Source: an uncultured Planctomycetota bacterium (GTDB lineage: Bacteria; Planctomycetota; Planctomycetia; Isosphaerales; Isosphaeraceae). Taken from it: a stretch of DNA of 64,000 bases. The notes under the pieces are model-generated. The model searched no databases and had not been told where the DNA came from. It saw only the letters and a program-made list of their open reading frames with translations. The position numbers and the translations under genes were made by a program. Numbering within the stretch: the stretch's first letter is position 1; each line of letters opens with the position of its first letter. The stretch is from positions 672,001-736,000 of the forward strand of contig CAWGMQ010000007.1 of NCBI GenBank assembly GCA_963823665.1, given 5' to 3'. Below, piece after piece: positions 53,861-64,000 of this stretch.

Positions 53861-56719
53861 ATGCAACCGAACACCGGAGTTCATCACCATTCCGCTCCCG
53901 AAGCCAAGATCGCGCTCTTCCGTTCGTTGTTCCGAGGCCGTGACAATCTCTACGCTCGCCGGTTCGTGAGCAACAAGACCGGCGCATCCGGCTTCGCACC
54001 CGCCTGCTTGAACGAATGGATACGCGGCATCTGCGAAAAGCCCCGAATCAAGTGCGCCGAATGCCGCCATCAGCAATTCATTCCCGTGACCGACGAAGCA
54101 ATCGGGCGGCACCTCGCCGGTCAAGATGATGACGGCCAGGAATTCGTCATGGCGGTGTATCCCATGTTCCGCGATGAATCGTGCTGCTTCCTCGCGGTCG
54201 ATCTCGACAAGCCGAGCTGGCCGGCTCACGCCCGTAGCTTCGTCGAAGCATCGCGACATCTGGACATTCCCGTCGCCCTTGAGCGAACCCGTGGGGGCCG
54301 CAGTGGTCGGATCTGGTTCTTTTTCGCCGAAGCCATCCCCGCGAGCCTGGCACGTAGACTCGGCTTTTGCGCTCTGACGGAAACGACCAGGCGCTGCCCT
54401 GAGATCGGCCTTGATTCGTACGGTCGTTTCTTTCCCGATCAGGACACACTTCCCCTGGGCGGGTTCGGCAGCCTGGTCGACCTGCCGCTTCAAAAGCGCC
54501 CGCGCCAATCCGGCAGCAGCATCTTCGTCGACGACAGCCTTCTGCCGTTTGAGGATCAGTGGGCGTTCTTATCGCAAATCCCGAAGATCGATCGCAGCCA
54601 GGTAGAACGCGTTGTCCATTTCGCCCAATCCAGCGGTCGTCTCATCGGCATGACGTCGGCTTTGAGCACCGCCGAAGATGATCCCAGCCGCCCGGCCCGG
54701 CCACCCTCGCGCCGCCACGCGCAGTTGTCTTGCGGTCCGCTGCCCAGAACCGTGGACCTGCATCTGAGCAACGAGGTGCTCATCGAGAAGAGCGACTTGC
54801 CGCCTGCATTTACTCGACCGCCTGATTCGCGTTGCGGCGTTCCCGAATCCGGAGTTCGAGAAACTGCAAGCGATGCATCTTCCGGCCTCCAGCAAGGCGC
54901 GGATCGTCTGCTGCGCCCGCGATTATCCGCACCACATCGGTTTGCCGCGCGGCTGCCTGGATGAGATCCTCGAGCTGCTCGCCGAGCTGAACGTGACGCC
55001 CATCATCCGCGACGAACGCTTCCCCGGCCGCAGATTGGACGCATCGTTTCGTGGTGCCTTGAGACCGGACCAGCAGCTTGCTGCGGAAGCCATGCTGGCC
55101 CACGATACCGGTGTCCTCTCGGCCACAACGGCCTTCGGCAAGACGGTCATCGGAGCGTGGTTGATCGCCGAGCGCGGCGTCAACACGCTGGTACTCGTCC
55201 ACCGCCGCCAACTGCAAGAACAATGGATCGACCGGCTATCGGCATTCCTCAGCCTGCCGGCGCGTGCGATCGGCCGTAGTGGCGGCGGGACGAGGAAACC
55301 GACGGGCGCCGTCGATGTGGCCCTGATCCAGAGCCTGGTGCGACGGGGGGCCGTCCGCGAAATGGTGCGGCACTATGGTCAATTAATTGTTGACGAATGC
55401 CATCATCTCTCCGCACGTACTTTCGAACAAGTGGCCCGCGCCTCACGGGCGAGATTCGTTGCGGGTTTATCCGCGACGATCACGAGGAAAGACGGCCACC
55501 ATCCCGTCATCCTCATGCAATGCGGCCCGGTGCGCCACCGTGTTGATGCGCGAGCACAATCCGCGGCGCGGCCGTTCGAGCACAATGCGATCATTCGGCC
55601 GACGGGCTTCTCTCCGGTCCGAGCCGCTAGCCCCGACGCACGCGTGCAATTCCATGATGCTCTACAACGATCTGATCGCCGATGCCGATCGCAATGGCAA
55701 GATCGCCGGCGATGTCGTGCAGGCCGTTCGCGACGGACGATCTCCGATCGTGCTGACCGAGCGGAATGATCATCTCGATGAGCTGGCCGGCCGCCTCTCG
55801 CCCGAAGTGCGCCACCTGGTCGTGCTTCGCGGTGGCATGAGCAAAGCCGAGCGCGATCGCACAAATAGCAGCGCTGGCCGCGATTCCACCCCACGAGGAT
55901 CGCGTGCTCCTGGCAACGGGCGGCTACATCGGCGAGGGATTCGACGACGCCCGGCTCGACACCCTGTTCCTGACGCTTCCGGTCTCCTGGCATGGAACGA
56001 TCGCGCAGTACGTCGGCCGATTGCATCGCCTGCATGAAGGCAAGCGTGAAGTGCGCGTTTACGACTACGCTGACTTGAACGTCACAATGTTCTCGCGGAT
56101 GTTCGACCGCCGTTGTCACGGATATGAAGCCGTCGGATACACGCATCCAGCTTCCGGCAAGTGCCGTGCCCGGCTGGCCGGCAGACGTTCCGCTTCCCGT
56201 CGATCCGGCATGGAAGAGCCAGTATGCCCGGAGCGTCCGGCGCTTGATTCGCGACGGCGTCGACTCGCCTCTGGCCCATCTCTTCGTTCACGTCTCCAGA
56301 ACGTTCGCCGACGACGCAGAAGGTGTCGATCGCGCGCGCAGCGCAACCGAGGCCTTTCTGTATTGGCCGGCTCGAGTCCATGCCGGAAACCACCGGCCGC
56401 GTTCGATCTCAACTCGCAGTTGCCGATCGCGTTTGACGGCTCAGGCGCCATGGAAGTCGATTTTCTCTTCGAAGAAGAACGCCTGGTGGTCGAGCTCGAC
56501 GGCGCTCAGCACCTGGGCGACGCCGACGCATACCGGCGAGACCGTCGTAAAGATGCGCGACTGCAAGAAAACGGCTATCTCGTGCTTCGTTTCCTCGCTC
56601 AGGACCTGGGCACGCGCCTCGATGAAGTGCTCGATGCGATTCTTCGAGCGCTTTCGAATCGCCGCGCCGCGATGGCAATTCCGCGCGGTGATCTCGCTCT
56701 TCGGGATTGCAATCCTTGA
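53861..56719 (+). CDS. AEP/TOTE-type primase-like domain + SF2 DExD/H helicase + DUF559 (Vsr-like) endonuclease, ~950 aa; about 6 frameshifts
   Basis: KIALFRSLFRGR..YARR..PACLNEW..C..CAEC..FLAVDLD; TAFGKT, VDECHH, GLSAT, QYVGRLHR; EVDFL..LVVELDG..H..D.RKD..L...GY.VLRF. Confidence 0.78.
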
Positions 56720-56731
56720 CGTCGGCCCTCG

Positions 56732-56815
56732 TTCCGTGAGCCCCGCGAACCAAGCTATCGCCGGAGGGTGACCGCGCTGAATGTCGATGAGTACGTCGGT
56801 ATCGACAAGATCCAT
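56732..56815 (-). pseudogene. Truncated PIN-domain (VapC-like) toxin, first ~28 codons only
   Basis: MDLVDTDVLIDIQRGHPPAIAWFAGL is a PIN N-terminus; the rest of the ORF is antisense of the helicase gene. Confidence 0.65.
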
Positions 56816-56818
56816 CGA

Positions 56819-57079
56819 TCATTCGCTCTTCCGCTGTTCTGAAATCTGTCGCAAAGCACGAGCATGCGCTCCGGCATCGACGATGTCGGGCCTCGTTCCG
56901 ATCAGTCCTTCACTCTGCCAGTAGTTCACCAGCTCGGCGCCGTCGCGAAGCTTTGGGCCGGGAATTCGACCCTCGGCGAGGAGTCGCAATGCGTAATCCG
57001 CGAGCGAGAGATTGAGCCGCGCCGCTTCAGCAGCGAGAACCGTCTCAAGCTCAGGCGGTAGATCGACCACGAGACTCAT
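56819..57079 (-). CDS. Putative antitoxin / ribbon-helix-helix-like protein, 86 aa
   Basis: MSLVVDLPPELETVLAAEAARLNLSLADY; ends 3 nt upstream of the PIN fragment; GAGGA RBS. Confidence 0.7.
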   Translation of the reverse strand: MSLVVDLPPELETVLAAEAARLNLSLADYALRLLAEGRIPGPKLRDGAELVNYWQSEGLIGTRPDIVDAGAHARALRQISEQRKSE

Positions 57080-57195
57080 CTGCGATCCTCACTGAATAAC
57101 TGCGGCCAGCCTCCATTTATGGCCGCCCTGTCCTGAGCTCGCAAGACCAATCGCGTCGCGCCTGTATTGGCCGCATGGCGACGCCGAATTCAGCG

Positions 57196-58802
57196 TCACT
57201 CCCTCCCCAGCGTCACATCCACCGCCCCGATCAAGCTCTCGCCCAGCCCCTTTTGCCGGATCGCCTCGAGGTCGCTCCGGCAGGCGAAGAGAGCGTCGAT
57301 CACGTCCGCGTCCCACTGCACGCTCCGTCCCTTCAACAGGATGTTGTCGATCTGCGATAAGCTGAGCCGGCGCCGGTAGGGCCGGTTGCTCGACATCGCG
57401 TCGAACGAGTCGGCCACCGCCAGGATGCGGGCCTCGAGCGGAATCTCCTCTCCAGACAGACGGTCGGGATATCCGCTGCCGTCCATGCTCTCGTGATGGT
57501 GCCTCACGCCCGGCAGAATGTGATGCAGCTTCCGCAGGTCCTTGAGGATCGTCACCCCGATCTCCACGTGCGCCTGGATCTTCTTGTATTCCTCCGGCGT
57601 GAGCGGGCCCGTCTTCTTGAGCACGTCGTCGTCGATGCCGATCTTGCCGACGTCGTGCAGCAACCCGGCGAGATACAGGTCGCTCCGCTTGGCTGGCGGC
57701 ATCCTCAGCTCCTCCGCCAGCCGGACGGCGATTCGCGCCACGCGTTCCGAATGACCCGATGTATACGGATCCTTGGCGTCAATCGCGGCGGTGAGCGCCC
57801 GGATGATGCCGAAAAGCAGCTCTTTGAGATCGGCGTAGATCCTGGCATTCGAAAGCTGGGCCACGATCAGCGAGCCGACATGCTGCAGGCGCTCGACCGC
57901 CTCGGCGCTGATCTCGCCGTCATCGAGCGGATTGACCGCCAGCAGCCAGCCCAGCGAGCCGGCAGCGACCGATACATACCGCCTTACCGACGGCGGAGCG
58001 CCTCGCGCCTGCGCGCTCGGGCCGTCGGGGCACAGAATCGTCGAATCATGGCCCGACGGAGCTTGAAACCCGCGATACGCCGCCGCGCTCAAGCCCGGTA
58101 TCTCGCCGCTGACCACCACCGGCTCATGCGTGTCCCTGGGCACCCAGGCCACAGCCGTCAAATTCAAAGATGTCCGGAGAACCGTGGTCGCAACCGTCTG
58201 GAAATGATGCGGAGGATCGGATATCCGCAGCCGGCGGGTCAGCCGGTTGATCGCGATGCCCTTGTCAACGTCCGCCGGATGCGTTCGCGACCCACTATCG
58301 CGCTCCGGCCCACGCGCGGCGCCCGCAGATACCGCCCCGCGACTTGTTCCCCCCAGGCGCGTAGAGCAGGCTCCGCACACACCGGGCCCCACCTCACGGC
58401 TGTATCCGTCATTTCGTCCAATGTCTCATCGCACTCGGCCGTCTCGGGTGCTGCGTCCGCCGGTGCCTGAAAGCCGACAAAGGCCACCAGCCCGTCGCTC
58501 GCCGGCAGCAACAGCCACCACACCCGCTTGCAATCGAGCGGCCGGCGCCAGGTCATCGCTCGCCCTTGGGCCAGTTCCGTCGACCGGCACAAAAGGAAGA
58601 GCGAGTCGTTGATCTCGGGGAACTGCGATCGCAAAGCCCCGGCGACCGAGCACCACCGCTTGTGCCTCGGGTCGAATATCGCCACCGGCGCGCAGAATTC
58701 CGTGGCGAGCTCTGCGGCCAAAGCCGCCCACTCTACCGGCACCGCCGCCGTCCCAACATGCCCGGCATCGCGATCCCGTTCCTCCCATGTGTCGCGGATC
58801 AT
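57196..58802 (-). CDS. HD-GYP domain phosphodiesterase with uncharacterised N-terminal region; frameshifts at ~58280-58400
   Basis: AKDPYTSGHSERV, LLHDVGKIG, HHESMDGSGYP, ILAVADSFDAM..RPYR; GAGGAG before ATG 58802. Confidence 0.85.
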
Positions 58803-59076
58803 CGGTCTCCTCTTCGTTATGACTCGACACGAGTATCCTAGGATATGGATTCGAACCCGTCGTCCAGAGCCCCGCGGACCATCGCACTTCACCAACCCAT
58901 GCACTCCCCGCCCCCCGCACTGGACAACCGCAGAAGGGCGGCGTAGAGAACCAGTGCCGGAGGTCCAGCCACCGAGCTGAGCCGGAGACCGCTGCCCGGC
59001 GCATGCTATTTTGGCGGCCTCGTGCTAAGTCAAACGCACGGTTCCGGTTCTAAACCACAGGGCTCACAGCATTTCC

Positions 59077-62000
59077 ATGACCCGCTCCTCGCGCGATTCG
59101 CTGTCGGCAAGCCACTGCCCCCGCGAGATCCTCGACGATTGGGATCCGTTTACCAGCGTCAACGATGTTGACGCCGAACCACACTCCGCCAAAAACGAAA
59201 CGCCCTCGCGACCGTCCGAATCCGGGCATTCTCCGGCCGATTCGGGCGGCATCGCTCCGCCGCATTTTGAGTGGGCGGCGCTCGACCGCTCCGATCCTGT
59301 CGCTCCCCGGCCGCTGTCGTCCCCGGCCGATGCCATAGCACAAAGCCGCGAGCTGGTCGATGGCTTTGAGCTCGAGGCGTCGCAGCCGCTCTGGGCGAGT
59401 ACCGTCGGTCCTCGCGCGGGCGATTCGGGCGGCGCAGACCGGAACGGGCCTGAGCGCCAGCAGCGCAGCAGGCGCACCGCGCCGGCGCCTGCCGCGGCCC
59501 GGTGACCTTCTGGCGGGATTTCGCGTCGTCCTTGAGCTGGGGCGAGGCGCATTCGCGCGGGTTTATCTCGCCGAGGAAGTCGGCCTGGGCCGCAGACTCG
59601 TCGCCATCAAGGTATCACGTCCCGATGGTAACGAGCCGCAAATACTCGCGCGCCTTCAGCATACCCACATCGTGCCGGTGCACTCGGTGTGCGACGATCC
59701 GGAAACCGGTCTGCGCGTGCTCTGTATGCCCTATTTCGGCGGCGCAAATCTCGCTCGCGTGCTCGAGGCCTCCGGAGGTCTCATCCCGGCCAGCACCAAC
59801 GGGCGCAGCCTGGTGAAGGCCCTCGATGAGGTCAGCCGCGATTTCGGCCCGCGATCGACGGGTGCCCTTGTTCCATCGCGATCGGTGCGCCTCGATCGCG
59901 CATCGCGGTCAAACCCCGCACCTTCGCCCGTCGCTTCCTCGTTATCGCTTTCAGGGCGCCCCGAGAGCCAGGCCGCCTCGCGCTTGCGATCGTTGCTCTC
60001 GCGCTGGGTTACCCAGAGCGCTGTTTCGGCGGCCCGGCTCGAAGAGCGCGAAGCCGATCTCGGCCAGCCTTCGCGACAGTTTCTCCACGGCGCCTCCGCT
60101 ATCCAGGCTGCCGTGTGGATCGTCGCCCGCCTGGCCGACGGCCTCGATCATGCCCACTCGCGCGGCCTCCTGCACCGCGACTTGAAGCCGGCCAACATCT
60201 TGCTGGCGGGCGACGGAACGCCGATGCTCCTTGACTTCAATCTCTCCGTGGAGGCTTTGCCTCACACCGGCGAGACCGACATCCGCCGCGCCTTCGTGGG
60301 CGGCACGCTTCCGTACATGGCACCCGAACATCTCGACGCGTTCAATCCCCGCGGTTCAACCCCTCCCGAGGCCGTCGACGAGCGATCCGATATCTACGCG
60401 CTGGGGCTGATCCTGTTTGAAATACTGGCGGGCGAGCCCGCTTTTCCCGAAGTGCCGATCGGCGGCTCGCTGCTCGACTCGATCGAGCTCATGCTCGCGG
60501 GTCGCCGCCAGGTTCCCTCGCTCCGGGCCAGATGTCCCGAAGTTCCCTGGAGCCTCGACGCACTCGTCGCCAAATGCCTGGCGGTCGACCCGGCTCGCCG
60601 CTACGCCCGCGCCCGCGATCTCGCCGAAGACCTGCACCGGTTCCTCGAAAACCTGCCGATGAAACACGGCCCTGAGCCGAGTTTTCGCGAGCGCATGGGC
60701 AAGTTCGCCAGACGCCATCCCACCCTCTGCGGCACGGCCTCGATCACATTGATCTCGATCGTCCTGGTCGCAATGCTCGGAACGGGCGTCGTCCTGCTCT
60801 ATGGCATGCTGCAAGATCTTCACGCGCGGATCAAGGTGCGCCAGTTCGATCACAATTTCACCCAGGTCCAGTTCCTGCTCAATACAGCCACCGGCTCGGA
60901 CGATCATATGAAGCGCGGATTGAATGCCGCACGCCGCGAGCTCGAGGAGCTCAGCTCTCAAACAGGATCGCCCGCACTCCCCGCCGGCTGGCCCATGCGC
61001 CTCACCGCACTCGAGCAAACGAGGCTGCGCGAGCAATTCGTCGAGATGATCATGCTCGAGGCCCGTGCCCGCGTCATGCTGGCAAAGCGGCATGGCTCGG
61101 AACGCGATCGCGCTGACGCGATCAACCGCGCCATCGCACGCTTGGAAGAGGCCGAGGCGATCGACCCTGGTCACGCCCCGTCCGCTCTTTATCAGGAACG
61201 AGCGCGGTATCACGCGGCCCTCGGGAAAGCCGGGCTAGCCGCGGCCGACCGCGCCCGCGCCGGTGCGCGGAAACCAACAAGCTCCCACGAGCTGACCCTC
61301 GAGGGAACCTCGCTCCTCGCCGCAGGCGATCTTGCGGGCGCCGAGGCGTCCCTGCGGCGAGCCCTCCAGCGCGACGTGACGTCGTTCTGGACGTGGTATG
61401 TCCTGGGCCATTGCCACTTCGGCCAGCGGCGCTACCTCGAAGCCGCGGGCGACTTCGCCGTATGTGCAGGCAAGGATTCCGGCTTTGCCTGGGTGCATTT
61501 CAATCGCGGCCTGGCGCTTGCCAGGGCCGGCCGCCTGCTCGATGCTCGCGATGCGTACGACCGCTCGATCGACATCGAGAACGACTGGCGCGAGGCCCTG
61601 GTCAACCGCGCGCTCGTCGAGCTCGAGCTGAACCAGCTCGAATCCGCGCGAGACGACCTCGTCCACGCCATCAAGCTAGGCCAGAGCGACGTGATTGTGC
61701 TGGCGGCCCTGGGAGAGGCCTGGGCGCGGCTTGGCCGCCCCCAAGAGTCCGAACGATACTTCGTCTCGTTGCTGGATAAAGACCCGAGCGATCTCGTCGT
61801 CCGCGTCGCGCGCGGCATGACTCGCATCGCGGGCGACCCCAAGGGCGCCGAGGATGACTTCCGACAAGTCCTCAAGCGCGACGAGCGTTGCGCCCACGCC
61901 CACTACGGCATGGCACTCATCGTACGGAAAGCCAGTCCGAAAGCGGCACTCGACCATCTGGACCGCGCGCTCGATTCCGATCCCAACCTGATCGACGCCG

Positions 62001-62284
62001 TTCAGCTCCGAGCGCTCGTGCGCGCCAGGCTCGGCGAGCGCGGCGCTCTCGACGACGTCGACCGCCTGGTCGAAAGCGCCACTGCCAACCGGCTCTACAA
62101 CGCCGCCTGCGCAGTCTCGCTGCTCTCGGAAAGCACCGCGGACACCCGCCTGATTTCCCACGCCATCGACCTGCTCACCCAAGCGATCAAGGCCGGCTTC
62201 CCCGCGCGCGAAGCCGCCACCGACACCGACCTGAAACCGCTCCGGTCCTCCCCGCGTTTCGCCGAGCTAACGAACCGAAAGTAG
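59077..62284 (+). CDS. Ser/Thr kinase with long subdomain insertion, TM helix and TPRs (K4); probable frameshift between 59360 and 59500
   Basis: LGRGAFARV, HRDLKPAN, DFN, YMAPE; TM ITLISIVLVAMLGTGVVLLY; TPRs; YNAAC; true start uncertain. Confidence 0.85.
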
Positions 62285-62576
62285 GACAACCACGCTCCGC
62301 GCAGCTCGCCGGCGGGATGGCAAACGGACAGCAACAATCGCTAAGCTGTGAGTGTTGGTTCAGGTGTGCGCCTTCTGCCTGCAAAGACGCACTGGCTTCG
62401 AGGAAACGCCCATCAGGCCGATGATCGCCGTCCACGGTCACCTCTCGGAGAGGTGCTTCGGTCTATCCCCTCGCATGCGTGCTGGTTAGTCTTGAGGGGG
62501 GCACCGACTCGCGCTGCCGGACGGGGTCGCGCGGCGAGCGACCGCGCAGGCCGGGGCCCTGGGACGAGTGGCCCCG

Positions 62577-63149
62577 ATGAGCGACCTCACACGCATCCTC
62601 TCGGCGATCGAACAGGGCGAGCCGGGCGCCGCCGATCGGCTTTTGCCGCTGGTGTACGAGGAGCTGCGCAAGCTTGCCGCCGCCCGGCTCGCCCGGGAGA
62701 AGCCCGGCCAGACGCTCCAGGCGACAGCCCTGGTCCACGAGGCTTACCTGCGCCTGGTGGGCGGGGATGATTCGAAGCCGTGGAACGGCCGCGGCCATTT
62801 CTTCGGGGCGGCGGCCGGGGCCATGCGGCGGATCCTGGTCGAGAACGCCCGGCGAAAGGCCCGTATCCGCCACGGCGGCGGGCTCCGGCGGGTCGACCTG
62901 GACGGGATCGACCTCGCCCGCGACGAATCATCCGACGACCTGCTGGCGCTGGACGAGGCCCTCGACCGACTGACGGAGGAGGAGCCGATCGTCGCCCAGG
63001 TCGTGAAGCTCCGCCACTTCGCCGGCCTGACGATCGAGCAGGCTGCGGCGGCCCTGGACATCTCGGTGCGGACCGCCAACCGGCACTGGGCCTACGCCCG
63101 GGCCTGGCTCTATCAGCAGTTGAACCCTCCCGACGACGCGGCCGGTTGA
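62577..63149 (+). CDS. ECF sigma factor, TIGR02999/ECF43-like, 190 aa
   Basis: MSDLTRIL...TLQATALVHEAYLRL...WAYARAWL. Confidence 0.93.
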   Translation: MSDLTRILSAIEQGEPGAADRLLPLVYEELRKLAAARLAREKPGQTLQATALVHEAYLRLVGGDDSKPWNGRGHFFGAAAGAMRRILVENARRKARIRHGGGLRRVDLDGIDLARDESSDDLLALDEALDRLTEEEPIVAQVVKLRHFAGLTIEQAAAALDISVRTANRHWAYARAWLYQQLNPPDDAAG

Positions 63150-63234
63150 GGCGAATCTCGACCCGGGTGGCACGATTCGCCCCCGGGCGTCGCACTGAGC
63201 TCGGGAGACATCGATCAAGGCGAGGGCCCGAGCC

Positions 63235-64000
63235 ATGAACGCCGGAGAACTCAGCGTGAAAGCGATCTTCGACGAGGCCGCGGAGATCGTCGACGACGGG
63301 GCACGACGCGACTACCTGGAGCGGGCCTGCGCCGGCGACGACGCGGTGCGCCTCAAGGTCGACGCCCTGCTCCGGGCCTATGCCGACGCCGGCAGCTTCC
63401 TCCAGCAGCCGGCCGCGGACGCCGAGTTGACCGACGCGTTCACGCCGGCCGACAGCCCGCGCACACCCGCGGAGGCCCGGCCGATCGGCGAAGGGCCCGG
63501 GACCCGGATCGGCCCTTACAAGCTCTTACAGCCGATCGGCGAGGGGGGCATGGGCGTCGTCTACATGGCCGAACAGGAGCAGCCCGTCCGCCGCCGCGTC
63601 GCGCTCAAGATCATCAAGCCGGGGATGGACAGCCGTCAGGTGATCGCCCGGTTCGAGGCCGAGCGTCAGGCCCTGGCCCTGATGGACCACCAGAACATTG
63701 CGCGGGTGCTTGATGCCGGGACGACCGAGACCGGCCGCCCGTATTTCGTCATGGAGCTGGTCCACGGCGTTCCGATCACGAAATACTGCGACGACACCCA
63801 GTTCACGCCGCGCGAGCGGCTCGAGCTGTTCGTGCCGGTCTGCCGGGCGATCCAGCACGCGCACCAGAAGGGGATCATCCACCGCGACATCAAGCCGTCG
63901 AACGTGCTGGTGACGATGTACGACGGCAAGCCGGTGGCCAAGGTGATCGACTTCGGCGTGGCCAAGGCCATCGACCAGCGGCTGACCGAGCGGACAATGT
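63235..64000 (+). CDS. Ser/Thr protein kinase (K5), truncated by window end; missing from the ORF track
   Basis: Manual translation [15 protein letters not shown]...[29 protein letters not shown]. Confidence 0.92.
   Translation, partial: MNAGELSVKAIFDEAAEIVDDGARRDYLERACAGDDAVRLKVDALLRAYADAGSFLQQPAADAELTDAFTPADSPRTPAEARPIGEGPGTRIGPYKLLQPIGEGGMGVVYMAEQEQPVRRRVALKIIKPGMDSRQVIARFEAERQALALMDHQNIARVLDAGTTETGRPYFVMELVHGVPITKYCDDTQFTPRERLELFVPVCRAIQHAHQKGIIHRDIKPSNVLVTMYDGKPVAKVIDFGVAKAIDQRLTERTM

Noticed and set aside
56441..56815. 124-aa full-length VapC toxin as given in the ORF track
   Set aside because: Only the first ~28 aa are PIN-like; the remainder overlaps the DUF559 coding strand
59012..59041. 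Seventh copy of motif A before K4 (tggcg...gcacg)
   Set aside because: Spacing off by one and TTCGCC and TGA are missing

Overview
GC-rich planctomycete-type DNA, probably Isosphaeraceae-like (inferred from seven 'LExLExRxLL' leader proteins and TIGR02999-type ECF sigma/Ser-Thr kinase pairs). Bases 1-45.5 kb are a co-oriented array of seven large secreted repeat proteins (Ig-like, beta-helix, beta-propeller; up to ~3950 aa). Two duplicated ECF43-like sigma + membrane Ser/Thr kinase-TPR modules are interleaved with them, plus a small double-glycine-leader peptide. Four families of repeated intergenic motifs link the array: a candidate ECF promoter, a sigma54-like site, a ~60-nt hairpin leader and a ~100-bp AT-rich element. 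Two scars mark deletion of a kinase gene. Bases 45.6-64 kb hold two SPFH genes, a YegS-like lipid kinase, a methyltransferase, an apparent B3 metallo-beta-lactamase/serine hydrolase fusion, REP-like repeats, a primase-helicase-DUF559 protein, an antitoxin with a truncated PIN toxin, an HD-GYP protein, another kinase-TPR and a third ECF/kinase pair cut by the window end. Many genes, especially at 47-59.5 kb, are split by single-base indels that look like sequencing error. All domain and family calls are by eye; no searches were run.
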